From a virus, in the IMG/VR virus record IMGVR_UViG_3300025645_000048, positions 25,306 to 89,305 of that record: DNA of 64,000 bases. One strand, given 5' to 3'. Below are positions 28,638 through 37,877 of the stretch, piece after piece. The notes under the pieces were generated by a model. The model saw nothing but the letters and a program-made list of their open reading frames with translations. It did no database searches and was not told the DNA's origin. Numbering within the stretch: the stretch's first letter is position 1; every line of letters begins with the position of its first letter. Both the position numbers and the translations under genes were made by a program.

Positions 28638-28835
28638 ATGAAAAAACAAGGATATAATTCAAGACTAGATGAGTCTTTAGGTGCTAAGCATGGGAAAAAA
28701 TCTCAATCTTATAAAGATCGTAGAGATGAATCAAAAGCTATGTCTAAAAAAGAATATGGACATTCTTACGGAGGTGACTCTGGAATGTCATACAGACATT
28801 CATCTAGTTGGAAAACTCACGGTCATTTAAAATAA
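28638..28835 (+). CDS. Basic microprotein (KKQGYNSRLDESLG)
   Basis: Own TATATTTG promoter at 28610-28617. Confidence 0.7.
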   Translation: MKKQGYNSRLDESLGAKHGKKSQSYKDRRDESKAMSKKEYGHSYGGDSGMSYRHSSSWKTHGHLK

Positions 28836-28990
28836 TGGCTAAGAACTTTATACAAAATGTTTTTCAAGGAGCAAAACGAAGAGGAACTCTTGGTGATTGC
28901 ACTGGGAAAAAATTTGGCAGCAAGAGTTGTCCAGTAGGAAGTAAAAAATATAATTTTGCAAAAACAATGCGCAAAATAAATAAAAAATAA
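28835..28990 (+). CDS. Basic Cys-containing microprotein (MAKNFIQ...CTGKKFGSKSCP)
   Basis: TAATG coupling on both sides. Confidence 0.7.
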   Translation: MAKNFIQNVFQGAKRRGTLGDCTGKKFGSKSCPVGSKKYNFAKTMRKINKK

Positions 28991-29148
28991 TGGCTAAGAA
29001 AAAAATCAAATTAGTTAATAAAAAAATAACTAAACAAGATCCTCCTACAGCAGGCTTCGTAGAATGGCATGATAGATCACAGGAAATCAAAGATAGAATG
29101 GCTGCAAGACAGGTTGCATTAGCAAAAGAGTTTAAAAAGAAAAAATAA
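28990..29148 (+). CDS. 52-aa basic microprotein (MAKKKIKL...)
   Basis: Translated manually. Confidence 0.65.
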   Translation: MAKKKIKLVNKKITKQDPPTAGFVEWHDRSQEIKDRMAARQVALAKEFKKKK

Positions 29149-29289
29149 ATGGGCAAGTTATTAGTTAAGATAGGACATTGGATTCAGAAAGTTTGGAAAA
29201 AACTTTTATGTAAATGGAACTGGTTAGTGTCAAAACTAATTATAGATGTTAAAGAATGTCCAGTCGCACAGTGTGTTTGTAAAAAATAA
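29149..29289 (+). CDS. 46-aa amphipathic Trp/Lys/Cys-rich peptide
   Basis: MGKLLVKIGHWIQKVWKKLLCKWNWLVSKL...CPVAQCVCKK. Confidence 0.6.
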   Translation: MGKLLVKIGHWIQKVWKKLLCKWNWLVSKLIIDVKECPVAQCVCKK

Positions 29290-29291
29290 TT

Positions 29292-29438
29292 ATGAAATCA
29301 AGAGGCATAGGCGATAGTATAGAAAAATTTACCAAGGCTACTGGTATAAAAAAAGTAGTCGAAACAGTAACGAAAGGCGACTGTGGTTGTAACAAGCGTA
29401 GAGATACGTTGAACCGTATGTTTCCTTACGATAGATAA
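29292..29438 (+). CDS. 48-aa DCGC-motif microprotein
   Basis: GD.....K.TGIK..V...DCGC..RR; homologous to 42124-42270. Confidence 0.7.
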   Translation: MKSRGIGDSIEKFTKATGIKKVVETVTKGDCGCNKRRDTLNRMFPYDR

Positions 29439-29468
29439 AGAGATTTTTAACCCTCTAAATTAAATAAA

Positions 29469-30263
29469 ATGGCGTATCCTAAAATTACCGTTAACACGGG
29501 ACAAGCACTTATAGTAGTGCCAAGTGACACAATTCCAATACCAAATCCAAACTTTATAGCAGCTACAGGCGTGGGCAATCAAGTTGACAATGGAGTAAAT
29601 ACTTCTGTTGTAACAAACAAACTGGTTGACACTGGTGCAACATGGACAGCAACAACTCCACCACTTCCAGTAGTTGTTGGTGATGTTGTTTATAATACAA
29701 CAACTCCAGCAAATGCCGCAGTAACAGCTGTAGATTCTGCCACACAATTAGCTTTTGGTAGTAATATTTTTCAAGCAACACCCGAAAACTATTTAATAGT
29801 AAGACAAAATGCGTTAGTAGATGATGAAATAGATTTTGTAGCTAAAGGGGTTAAGCCTGGAGATATAGTTTTAAATACTGACAATCCAGGTATTGCTACA
29901 GTTTCAGCAGTCGTTGGTGTAGATGAATTAACCTTAAGTGCTAATATATTTGGTACAGACTCTACATACGATGACAACTTTAGAATATATTCACAAGCAG
30001 AAGGCGGTTCTAATTATCCAGCATATGGTGGCACAAATGGAGGTGTGGCTACAACATCAAACAACGAAGGGTGTTTAATATATGTAGGAGATGCAACTGC
30101 AGCTACTACTATAGCTACTCAGTTTTATAATGTAACAGTAAGAACTGTAGCTGGAGATATAATTACATTTCATAATTGTCAAGTAGGTTCTTACCTACCA
30201 ATACAATGTGTACAAGTAATGGCAACAGGAACTACAGCAGATAAACTTATAGCAATATGGTAA
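29469..30263 (+). CDS. Putative virion structural/decoration protein
   Basis: Beta-rich, internal duplication (LVD...VGD.V.NT...A.V.AV...L...NIF), ends V.ATGTTA..LIAIW. Confidence 0.65.
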   Translation: MAYPKITVNTGQALIVVPSDTIPIPNPNFIAATGVGNQVDNGVNTSVVTNKLVDTGATWTATTPPLPVVVGDVVYNTTTPANAAVTAVDSATQLAFGSNIFQATPENYLIVRQNALVDDEIDFVAKGVKPGDIVLNTDNPGIATVSAVVGVDELTLSANIFGTDSTYDDNFRIYSQAEGGSNYPAYGGTNGGVATTSNNEGCLIYVGDATAATTIATQFYNVTVRTVAGDIITFHNCQVGSYLPIQCVQVMATGTTADKLIAIW

Positions 30264-30342
30264 ATAAATATTACTACACGCAAACAAATAGTTTGTTAAA
30301 CGATGAAATAGTTTTTAATTACACTTATGTAAAATAATAATA

Positions 30343-30618
30343 ATGAAAAAATTTAATCCACAAAGTAAATTTAGTTTATCAATAAAAGAACTTATAACTG
30401 GAGCACTTGGATTAGGTTCATTATTAGCTGTTTTTTTTACTCTTAAAGCTGATATTGCATTGGCAAAACAATTGCCATTACCAGAAGTCACGAAAATTGA
30501 ATTGTCTTATAAAGATGAGTTAATAAAAAATGATTTCGAAAATATGAAAGAAGATATTTCTGACATAAAAGATGACATTAAATACATAAAAGATTATATA
30601 ATAAAAAATAAAAAATAA
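30343..30618 (+). CDS. TM plus coiled-coil protein, distant paralog of next gene
   Basis: FTL..DI and E..YKDELI shared with 30621-30932. Confidence 0.7.
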   Translation: MKKFNPQSKFSLSIKELITGALGLGSLLAVFFTLKADIALAKQLPLPEVTKIELSYKDELIKNDFENMKEDISDIKDDIKYIKDYIIKNKK

Positions 30619-30620
30619 CC

Positions 30621-30932
30621 ATGGCAACTAAGATTGGTGAAGATACTAACGTACAGCTTGATTTAAAAACAATCGGCATAATTATAGCAGGAACAATTTC
30701 TTTAGCTAGTATGTGGTTTACTTTACAAAGTGATATATCAGAATTACAAAACAAAATAGATAATTTTTCTGGAGATGAGTTTGTACAACAAATGGAGTTT
30801 AAATTTAAAGATGAGTTAATTCGTTCTAACATAGTTACAATTGATAAGCTTACTGAAAATATAAAAGAAGATGTTGAAGAAAATAAAGAAGCAATAAAAG
30901 ATTTAGAAGATAAAGTTTATAAAAAAAGATGA
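30621..30932 (+). CDS. N-terminal TM plus coiled-coil lysis-cassette protein (copy A)
   Basis: One TM then heptads; about 80% identical to 37104-37412 by manual alignment. Confidence 0.8.
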   Translation: MATKIGEDTNVQLDLKTIGIIIAGTISLASMWFTLQSDISELQNKIDNFSGDEFVQQMEFKFKDELIRSNIVTIDKLTENIKEDVEENKEAIKDLEDKVYKKR

Positions 30933-31249
30933 AAAATTTAATATGTGTTTTTTTTGTGTTTTTTTTGTGTTTTATAAATGCACAAGATTTAACATTAATG
31001 CATATAAATGCAAAATGGAATCAACCTAATAATTTTGATTTAAAGGGCATACAGAATTGTAAAGTGAGATATGCATTATTAGAAGATCAAGTCCCATCAC
31101 TCAAAGCACAAATAAAATCTGTTCCAATAATAATTTTATTAGACAAAAATGGAAAACCAAGAGGACAATGGGTTGCTAATTTAAGTTTTAAAATAACAGC
31201 GACTAAAGAAGAAATACAAGATAGAGTAAATATTATTGCTAAAGAATAG
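30929..31249 (+). CDS. Secreted thioredoxin-fold protein lacking CxxC (copy A)
   Basis: Signal peptide ending NA|Q; HINAKWN in place of F.A.WC; IKSVP.IILLD.NG. Confidence 0.65.
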   Translation: MKNLICVFFVFFLCFINAQDLTLMHINAKWNQPNNFDLKGIQNCKVRYALLEDQVPSLKAQIKSVPIIILLDKNGKPRGQWVANLSFKITATKEEIQDRVNIIAKE

Positions 31250-31253
31250 TTAA

Positions 31254-31667
31254 ATGAGAAACATAGATAAAATTATTGTCCACTGTTCAGCAACTCCAAA
31301 AGGAAAACATTTCAGTGCTGATACTATAAAGAAATGGCATTTAGAAAGAGGCTTCTCAGATATTGGTTATCATTATATTGTTCATATTGATGGAAGTATG
31401 GAGTATGGAAGAATGGTTAACATTCAAGGTGCTCATTGTAAAGGACAAAATAAATCTAGCATAGGTGTATGTTATATTGGGGGGATGGATGAAGATATGA
31501 ATGAATGGGAAGACACAAGAACTGAAGAACAAAAATCTACACTTTTAGATTTATTAAATTTATTAAAAAAATTTCATCCAAATGCAGAAATATATGGTCA
31601 CAGAGACTTTTCTACAAAAGCATGTCCTAGTTTCGATGCAAAGGAAGAATATAAATATTTAACATGA
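31254..31667 (+). CDS. Endolysin, N-acetylmuramoyl-L-alanine amidase (T7 lysozyme-like)
   Basis: IVHCSAT, DIGYHY, GAH..G.N..SIG.CY.GG, GHRD, KACPSF. Confidence 0.95.
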   Translation: MRNIDKIIVHCSATPKGKHFSADTIKKWHLERGFSDIGYHYIVHIDGSMEYGRMVNIQGAHCKGQNKSSIGVCYIGGMDEDMNEWEDTRTEEQKSTLLDLLNLLKKFHPNAEIYGHRDFSTKACPSFDAKEEYKYLT

Positions 31668-32071
31668 AAAAATTATTTGCAAAAATGTTTGGTGGAGCTG
31701 GAGTCTCTATCGCAGAAAAACTAGGAGGAGTAGTTGATAAGTTTGTAAGGACTAAAGATGAAAAGGCGGAGTTTGAAAAACAAATGACAGAGATTTTTAT
31801 GTCTCATGAATTGAGTCTAGAAAAAGAAATCACATCACGTCATGCCGCAGACATGCAATCGGATTCATGGCTTTCGAAGAATATACGTCCTCTACTTACT
31901 ATTTTTAGCTTAATATTATATACACTATTTGCTATATCAGATGGCAATATAGGAGAATTTAATATAGCAAATCAGTATGTAGATCTGCTTGGACAAATTG
32001 TAATAATGAGTCTAGGTTTTTATTTTACTTCTCGAGGTATTGAAAAAACTGCAAAGATTTGGAAGAAATAA
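31664..32071 (+). CDS. Holin (GTA-type 3TM family, copy A)
   Basis: DM.SDSWLSKNIRP, two TMs, FYF.SR..EK. Confidence 0.8.
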   Translation: MKKLFAKMFGGAGVSIAEKLGGVVDKFVRTKDEKAEFEKQMTEIFMSHELSLEKEITSRHAADMQSDSWLSKNIRPLLTIFSLILYTLFAISDGNIGEFNIANQYVDLLGQIVIMSLGFYFTSRGIEKTAKIWKK

Positions 32072-32113
32072 AACAAAGCAAAAGATTTATTAACTTTGTT
32101 AAAATAAATTATT

Positions 32114-32839
32114 ATGGCAAGAATTAGTACTTACCCTTTAGACACTAAACTAGTTGGCTCCGATTATTGGATTGGATCAGACGCTAATAGTAGTTTTGCT
32201 ACTAAAAACTTTACTATAGAGTCTGTAGCTAAGTTTATGAACAGGGAAGCTGTTCAGTCACAAGCTATAAGATTTGTATATACTAATACTGTTCCAGTTG
32301 GGACTGGAAGTTTATCATTTAATCCACAAGGTAATGACAATGTATCGTTTTCTGGAATAACAGGATTTAAAATTAGCAAGTATGCATTAGTAGAACCTAC
32401 AACAGACATTTCTGGGTATTATGAAACTGGATTATTAGGTGCAGATGTATTGGTCACTCAATGTGATGACATATCTAAATGGGCTATTTTTACTTGGAAC
32501 ACCGCTACAGTAGATGCAAGTGGAAACTTTTACGACATAGCTGTTACCCATAAGAACAGTCAAAATGGCTTAACAGCAAACAAAGATTATTTTATATCTT
32601 TGCTAAGTATTCCAGGGACATCTGATGCAAACTTTACATTTGCATTAACTGGATCAAATCAATACACTGTTGTTCATGGTTTGAACAAAATTCCATCAGT
32701 AACAGTTTTGACAGGAACAATTGCAAGTCCTGGAGTAGAAATTTTTTGCGATGTTGATTTTGTTGATAACAATCAAGTAACATTAACATTTGCACAACCT
32801 GCAAACCCAGGATTTACTGGGGTTGTAACATTTAATTAA
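32114..32839 (+). CDS. Tail/virion structural protein
   Basis: MARISTYP start; C-terminal VVHGLNK.PSV module. Confidence 0.65.
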   Translation: MARISTYPLDTKLVGSDYWIGSDANSSFATKNFTIESVAKFMNREAVQSQAIRFVYTNTVPVGTGSLSFNPQGNDNVSFSGITGFKISKYALVEPTTDISGYYETGLLGADVLVTQCDDISKWAIFTWNTATVDASGNFYDIAVTHKNSQNGLTANKDYFISLLSIPGTSDANFTFALTGSNQYTVVHGLNKIPSVTVLTGTIASPGVEIFCDVDFVDNNQVTLTFAQPANPGFTGVVTFN

Positions 32840-32850
32840 AATAAAAAATT

Positions 32851-34341
32851 ATGGCAATAAAATATTTATCTAATATTAATCTTGATAATAATGAGCTGAA
32901 AGGCTTTATTGTCGATAATCAATCATCTAACCCAAGTGGACTAGCTGGTGAAGGACAACTTATATACAGAACTGACACAAATGAACTTTACTATCACACT
33001 GGTAGTAATACATGGGTAGCGATATCATCTGGTATGGTTACGTGGATATTAGCAGGAGATTCAGGAACACAAACTATTGGAAATGGTCAATCTGCAACTG
33101 TAGCTGGTGAGTCAGGGTTTATAACAACAACTGCGGGAGCTACTAGACAGGTAACAATTACAATGGATGATAATGCACCTAGTGCTGCAGCAGGCACAGT
33201 CGCATTCCCAACTAGTATTGGTTACAATAAAAAAGGACAAATCACAGCAGTTACTGCTGGTACACAACCCGTAACTAGTTTTAATATAAGTGATGGTACA
33301 ACTTCAGAGACTGTTGAAAATGGAGACACAATTACATTTGCACATAATACAGGTTTAGAAGCAACAATTAGTGCTACAGATACAGTAACATATAGCTTAC
33401 AATTAGAAGATTTACCAGACATGACTCAAACCTGGGTTAACACTGATGAATTTATTGTATTAGATGGAACAGCTCAGAAAAGAAAACAAAGTAGTGAAAT
33501 ACCTATTAACTTACTAGGAGCTCCAGCCGCAAATTTAGATATTAATACAAATAAACTTATAAATGTAACTAATCCTACAGATGCACAAGACGCAGCAACA
33601 AAAGCATATGTTGATGCTGCTGTAACGGGACTTTTAGAATTTAAAGGAGGATTTGATGGTAGTACCGGTAAGGTTGCAGGAACAACAGACTTTTTAGATA
33701 GTAGAGGTACACAGATTGCATGTGCAGTCGGTGATACTTATGTCGTAACTGTAGATGGTACTTTTTATACTGAAACTGTAGCGGTTGGTGACACATTAAT
33801 ATGTCAAACTGCAACTGCAGCTGGGGCAGGAGCATTAACTGACTGGATTACTGTTCAAAATAACATAGGTATAGCAACAGCAACAACTACAGGTATTGTA
33901 AGCATTCCTACAGCAGGAGGACTTACGGTAAGTGCGGCAGGAGCAGTATCTTTAGACACTCAAGGTGGATTAACTGCAGATACATATGGTGCAGCAGCAA
34001 AAGCAACCGTAATTACTGTAGATGATAAAGGTGTTATTACTGGAGCATCAGAACCAGCTATCGCAATAACAGCATCTCAAGTAACAGACTTTTGTACTGA
34101 AGTTCAATCTTGTGTAGGAACAAATTTAAATTATGCAGTTGACATTGGAGATGGCTCAACTAACCCTATTATTGTAACTCATAACTTAGGAACATTAGAT
34201 GTAATTGTACAGTTAGTATTAAAGTCTACTGGCGAAACAATTTATGCAGATACAGTTAGAAACAGTACAACACAAGTAACTATAACTACTACAACAACTT
34301 TAGCTACTGCTGAAGCTAGGATTTTGGTAACCGCTGTGTAA
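32851..34341 (+). CDS. Tail fibre protein
   Basis: Gly/Thr/Ala-rich; DAATKAYVD; ITVDDKG.IT; VTHNLG module. Confidence 0.8.
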   Translation: MAIKYLSNINLDNNELKGFIVDNQSSNPSGLAGEGQLIYRTDTNELYYHTGSNTWVAISSGMVTWILAGDSGTQTIGNGQSATVAGESGFITTTAGATRQVTITMDDNAPSAAAGTVAFPTSIGYNKKGQITAVTAGTQPVTSFNISDGTTSETVENGDTITFAHNTGLEATISATDTVTYSLQLEDLPDMTQTWVNTDEFIVLDGTAQKRKQSSEIPINLLGAPAANLDINTNKLINVTNPTDAQDAATKAYVDAAVTGLLEFKGGFDGSTGKVAGTTDFLDSRGTQIACAVGDTYVVTVDGTFYTETVAVGDTLICQTATAAGAGALTDWITVQNNIGIATATTTGIVSIPTAGGLTVSAAGAVSLDTQGGLTADTYGAAAKATVITVDDKGVITGASEPAIAITASQVTDFCTEVQSCVGTNLNYAVDIGDGSTNPIIVTHNLGTLDVIVQLVLKSTGETIYADTVRNSTTQVTITTTTTLATAEARILVTAV

Positions 34342-34359
34342 AACATTAACTTTACTCAC

Positions 34360-35946
34360 ATGGCGATTAGATTCTTAAGTAGCGGAGACATAGATGGTGC
34401 TTTAACCATAAACTCTACCGTCACCTTAAATAAAACTAATAATGTTATTAGTATTCCTAGTTTAGTCGATAATGGAACTTTTCTAGAAATTACACAAACA
34501 GGAAATGAAACTTGGTTATTTAAGTGTGAATCATTAAGTGGATCATTAGATGGTGTTTCAATCGGCACTAGCAGTGCAGGTAAAGTGACGTTCGATGAAA
34601 ATGGACAAATTCATAGCACTCAATTATTAGATGTAGCAACAGCAGGAGGAAGGTTAATAGGTGAAAGTAGTAGGGGGTATCTATCATCAATTCATTTAGA
34701 ACAGTCAGCTACTGGTGCAGATGGAGGCTATATTAGATTTGAAACTGCAACTTCTGGAACGACAAGTGGTGTTGAAAGATTAAGAATTACAGATACTGGA
34801 GCTATATCTGTCGGATCGACAGGAACTAACTATGGTTCATCTGGTCAAGTATTAACTTCTGGTGGAAACTCTAATCCTACATGGACAACCCCAACAACAG
34901 GAACCGTAACTGGTACTGGTGTTAATAATAGATTAGCAATTTGGAATGGCACAACTGCTATTGATTCTGATTCTGATTTTTATGTTGATGGTGATACTAT
35001 ATTCACAGCAAACTTTCAAGCATCTGGAAACATATCTATAACAGGCACATCATTTTTAGATGGTGATGTTACAATTGGTGATACAAATTCAGCATTTATA
35101 GGAATGGCAAGAGCAGGTGCAAATTATTTAGCTGCAACAAATGCGTCTGGATATTTAGTATTTAGAACTGCTGGTTCAAATGAAAGAATGCGTATAGACA
35201 TTTCAGGGGATGTCGGGATAGGAGTTACAGACGGAGATATATTTGGTAGATTTTATGGTAGAAGTGTTGGTATAGGAGGAACTGGTATTGCTAAGTTACA
35301 GATAAATGGAACTTCTTATTCTGGAATTGATTTAGGTCAAAATGGAACAAGATACGGAGAATTAAATGCAAGTGCTACCATAGTTCAACTTCAAACACTT
35401 GCAGACATTCCATTAACTTTTGGTACAGGCACAAGTGCTACAGAAAGAATGCGTATAACATCTGGGGGTCAAGTTTGTATTGGCACAGATTCAACAACAG
35501 TATCATCATCAGTTGTAAGTGCTGTTTTTGGCTCTGGTAGTGATGCAACTTTAAAATTAGGTGGGCATAGTGGTACACACACTATGGTACAATTTTTCCA
35601 TACAGGTTCATCAGTTGGTAGTATAACATCTACTACAAGTGCAACTTCCTACAACACATCTTCTGATTATAGATTAAAAGAAGATTTACAAGACTTTGCA
35701 GGTTTAGATATGGTTTCTAAAATACCTGTATATGACTTTAAATGGAAAACAGATGATAGCAGAAGTTATGGAGTTATGGCTCACGAACTACAAGAAGTTT
35801 TACCTCAAGCAGTTTCAGGAGATAAAGATGCAGAAGAAATGCAATCTGTTGATTATTCTAAAATAGTTCCTTTATTAGTTAAGTCAATACAAGAACTAAA
35901 AGCAGAAGTAGACAAATTGAAACAAGAATGTAAATGTAAAAATTAG
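34360..35946 (+). CDS. Tail fibre with C-terminal intramolecular chaperone (peptidase S74)
   Basis: ER(L/M)RI-bounded modules; TSSDYRLKE, G.MAHELQEV.P.AV.G, VDYSK.VP.LVK.IQEL. Confidence 0.9.
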   Translation: MAIRFLSSGDIDGALTINSTVTLNKTNNVISIPSLVDNGTFLEITQTGNETWLFKCESLSGSLDGVSIGTSSAGKVTFDENGQIHSTQLLDVATAGGRLIGESSRGYLSSIHLEQSATGADGGYIRFETATSGTTSGVERLRITDTGAISVGSTGTNYGSSGQVLTSGGNSNPTWTTPTTGTVTGTGVNNRLAIWNGTTAIDSDSDFYVDGDTIFTANFQASGNISITGTSFLDGDVTIGDTNSAFIGMARAGANYLAATNASGYLVFRTAGSNERMRIDISGDVGIGVTDGDIFGRFYGRSVGIGGTGIAKLQINGTSYSGIDLGQNGTRYGELNASATIVQLQTLADIPLTFGTGTSATERMRITSGGQVCIGTDSTTVSSSVVSAVFGSGSDATLKLGGHSGTHTMVQFFHTGSSVGSITSTTSATSYNTSSDYRLKEDLQDFAGLDMVSKIPVYDFKWKTDDSRSYGVMAHELQEVLPQAVSGDKDAEEMQSVDYSKIVPLLVKSIQELKAEVDKLKQECKCKN

Positions 35947-35978
35947 TATATTTATATCTTAATCATAAAATTAATAAA

Positions 35979-36212
35979 ATGTCAAAAATTACAAAAGAAG
36001 AATTAAAAAATTTACAAGAACAACAAGGTAAGCTAAATGCTATTAAACACGATATTGGTTTATTAAGCACACAAATACATAGCTTAAACCATATGTACGC
36101 TGAAGAAATTTCTAAACAAGAAGAAAGTAAAAAAGGTTTAGAAGAATCTTACGGTAAAATAAACATAGACCTAAAGGATGGGTCATATGAAGAAATCAAA
36201 GAAGATAAATAA
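35979..36212 (+). CDS. Small coiled-coil protein following tail fibre
   Basis: KIT.EEL...LEE.YG.INIDL.DG. Confidence 0.7.
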   Translation: MSKITKEELKNLQEQQGKLNAIKHDIGLLSTQIHSLNHMYAEEISKQEESKKGLEESYGKINIDLKDGSYEEIKEDK

Positions 36213-36382
36213 TGAGTTTACAGGATATGAAATTGTATGCAATTAATTTTTCAGCTTTTACGTTGAGTTTCACAAATATTGATATGATATTAAAAATAAT
36301 ACTACTTACAGTTACTATCCTGTACACAACTCACAAATGGTATTTAATGTATGAAGAAAATAAGCGAAAACATAAGTTATAA
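36212..36382 (+). CDS. 56-aa membrane protein (putative holin)
   Basis: Translated manually; hydrophobic with basic tail; overlaps endolysin start. Confidence 0.55.
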   Translation: MSLQDMKLYAINFSAFTLSFTNIDMILKIILLTVTILYTTHKWYLMYEENKRKHKL

Positions 36383-36824
36383 GGAAGCAGTACGTTCCGA
36401 AACAGCTAAACGTTTAGGTATCTCAAATAAACCTAAAAAAGAACATATTGAAAATATGGAGTTAATAGCTGAAAAAATCTTTCAACCATTAAGAGAATGG
36501 GTAGACCATCCTATTAGAATAAACAGCTTTTATCGTTCAGAAGAACTTAATTCAAGAATTGGAGGTGCAATTTCATCGGCTCATAAAGATGGTTTAGCAA
36601 TGGATTTAGATTCTTTAGGTGGCAAAACTAACCTTGAGATGTTACATTATATAAAAGACCATTTAGACTTTGATATTTTAATTAATGAATATCCAAATCA
36701 AGAAGGAGAACCAAAATGGATTCACGTTAGTTGGAGTAAAAAGAAAAACAGAAAACAAGTTTTAGAAATAAAACGCAAAGGCAAATACTATACTTATACA
36801 GGCGAATGTAAAAGCTGTAAATGA
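36351..36824 (+). CDS. Endolysin, peptidase M15 family
   Basis: INSFYRS..LN..IGG...S.H..G.A.D, WIHVS. Confidence 0.9.
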   Translation: MKKISENISYKEAVRSETAKRLGISNKPKKEHIENMELIAEKIFQPLREWVDHPIRINSFYRSEELNSRIGGAISSAHKDGLAMDLDSLGGKTNLEMLHYIKDHLDFDILINEYPNQEGEPKWIHVSWSKKKNRKQVLEIKRKGKYYTYTGECKSCK

Positions 36825-36982
36825 AAAAAGTAGAATTTGCAATAATTGAAAGGTTTGCTTTAGGTATATTAATTGGTTTTAGTTATTTGCCACAAGATGA
36901 AGAAACAAATTTTGATGAATTAAATATATATGTAATTTTTATAGTATTACATTTTAAATTTTATAACGATGCCCATACCTAA
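36821..36982 (+). CDS. 53-aa hypothetical membrane-associated protein
   Basis: Translated manually; ATGA coupling. Confidence 0.55.
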   Translation: MKKVEFAIIERFALGILIGFSYLPQDEETNFDELNIYVIFIVLHFKFYNDAHT

Positions 36983-37100
36983 AAAGAAACAAGGAGAAAA
37001 ACAGAAGGACTATATGATGCGATGTGTACCTCAATTGATGAAATACCATCCAGAAAAACAAGCTGTAGCAATTTGCTATAAAGAATACAGAAACAAATAA
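36969..37100 (+). CDS. 43-aa protein MPIPKKKQGEKQKDYMMRC...QAVAICY
   Basis: Translated manually; two-Cys phage microdomain. Confidence 0.65.
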   Translation: MPIPKKKQGEKQKDYMMRCVPQLMKYHPEKQAVAICYKEYRNK

Positions 37101-37103
37101 AAA

Positions 37104-37412
37104 ATGGCAACAAAGATAAGTGAAGATACAAACGTACAATTAGATTTAAAAACTATTGGAATTATAATAGCAGGAACAATATCACTTGCGAGTATGTGGT
37201 TTACTTTACAAGGAGATATACAAGACCTAAACAATAAAATTGAGGGGTTTAGTGGAGATGAATTTGTGCAAAGAATGGAATTCCAATTAAAAGATGAATT
37301 AATTAGAAATAACGTAATACAAATTGATAAGCTAACAGAAAATATGAAAGAGGATATTGAAGAAAATAAAGAAGCTATAAAAGATTTAGAAAACAAAGTT
37401 TTTAGAAGATGA
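37104..37412 (+). CDS. TM plus coiled-coil lysis-cassette protein (copy B)
   Basis: Homolog of 30621-30932. Confidence 0.8.
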   Translation: MATKISEDTNVQLDLKTIGIIIAGTISLASMWFTLQGDIQDLNNKIEGFSGDEFVQRMEFQLKDELIRNNVIQIDKLTENMKEDIEENKEAIKDLENKVFRR

Positions 37413-37732
37413 AACATTTAATATATGTATTGTTTATTTTGTTATTGTGTTCAATAGGTAACGCTCAAGATTTAACATTATTACACATAAACGCAAAATG
37501 GAATCAATCGAATAATTACGATTTGAAAGGTTTAAAAAATTGTAAAGTTAAAATGACTTTATTAGAGGATTTAGTACCTTCTATGAAAGCACAAATAAAA
37601 TCAGTACCTACTATTATTTTACTTGACCAAAACGGTAAACCAAGAGGACAATGGAAGGCAGGTTTAAGTTTTAAAGTAGAAGCAACAAAAGAAGAAATAC
37701 AAGACAGAATTGATTTTATATTTAAACAATAA
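37409..37732 (+). CDS. Secreted thioredoxin-fold protein lacking CxxC (copy B)
   Basis: Homolog of 30929-31249. Confidence 0.65.
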   Translation: MKHLIYVLFILLLCSIGNAQDLTLLHINAKWNQSNNYDLKGLKNCKVKMTLLEDLVPSMKAQIKSVPTIILLDQNGKPRGQWKAGLSFKVEATKEEIQDRIDFIFKQ

Positions 37733-37736
37733 TATT

Positions 37737-37877
37737 ATGGAAACTATAAAACATTTACTGGGTTTTTGTGGGGAGCATTTGCATCCTAACATTTTTACAA
37801 TTACAATAACATTAATTATTTTAAAATTAATTTATGAAAAATATATTAGCAAAACTATTTGGGGGAGCTGGAGGTAG
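37737..37877 (+). CDS. 46-aa membrane peptide (METIKHLLGFCGEH.HPN...)
   Basis: Translated manually; occupies the slot held by the amidase in cassette A. Confidence 0.55.
   Translation: METIKHLLGFCGEHLHPNIFTITITLIILKLIYEKYISKTIWGSWR

Larger units (their letters stand above)
1..34900. mobile_element. Phage segment A (Bacteroidota phage with giant protein and GroEL/GroES); right boundary approximate
   Basis: Own replication, recombination and lysis genes and tail fibres; no terminase or capsid of this type in the window; no host housekeeping genes. Confidence 0.75.
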
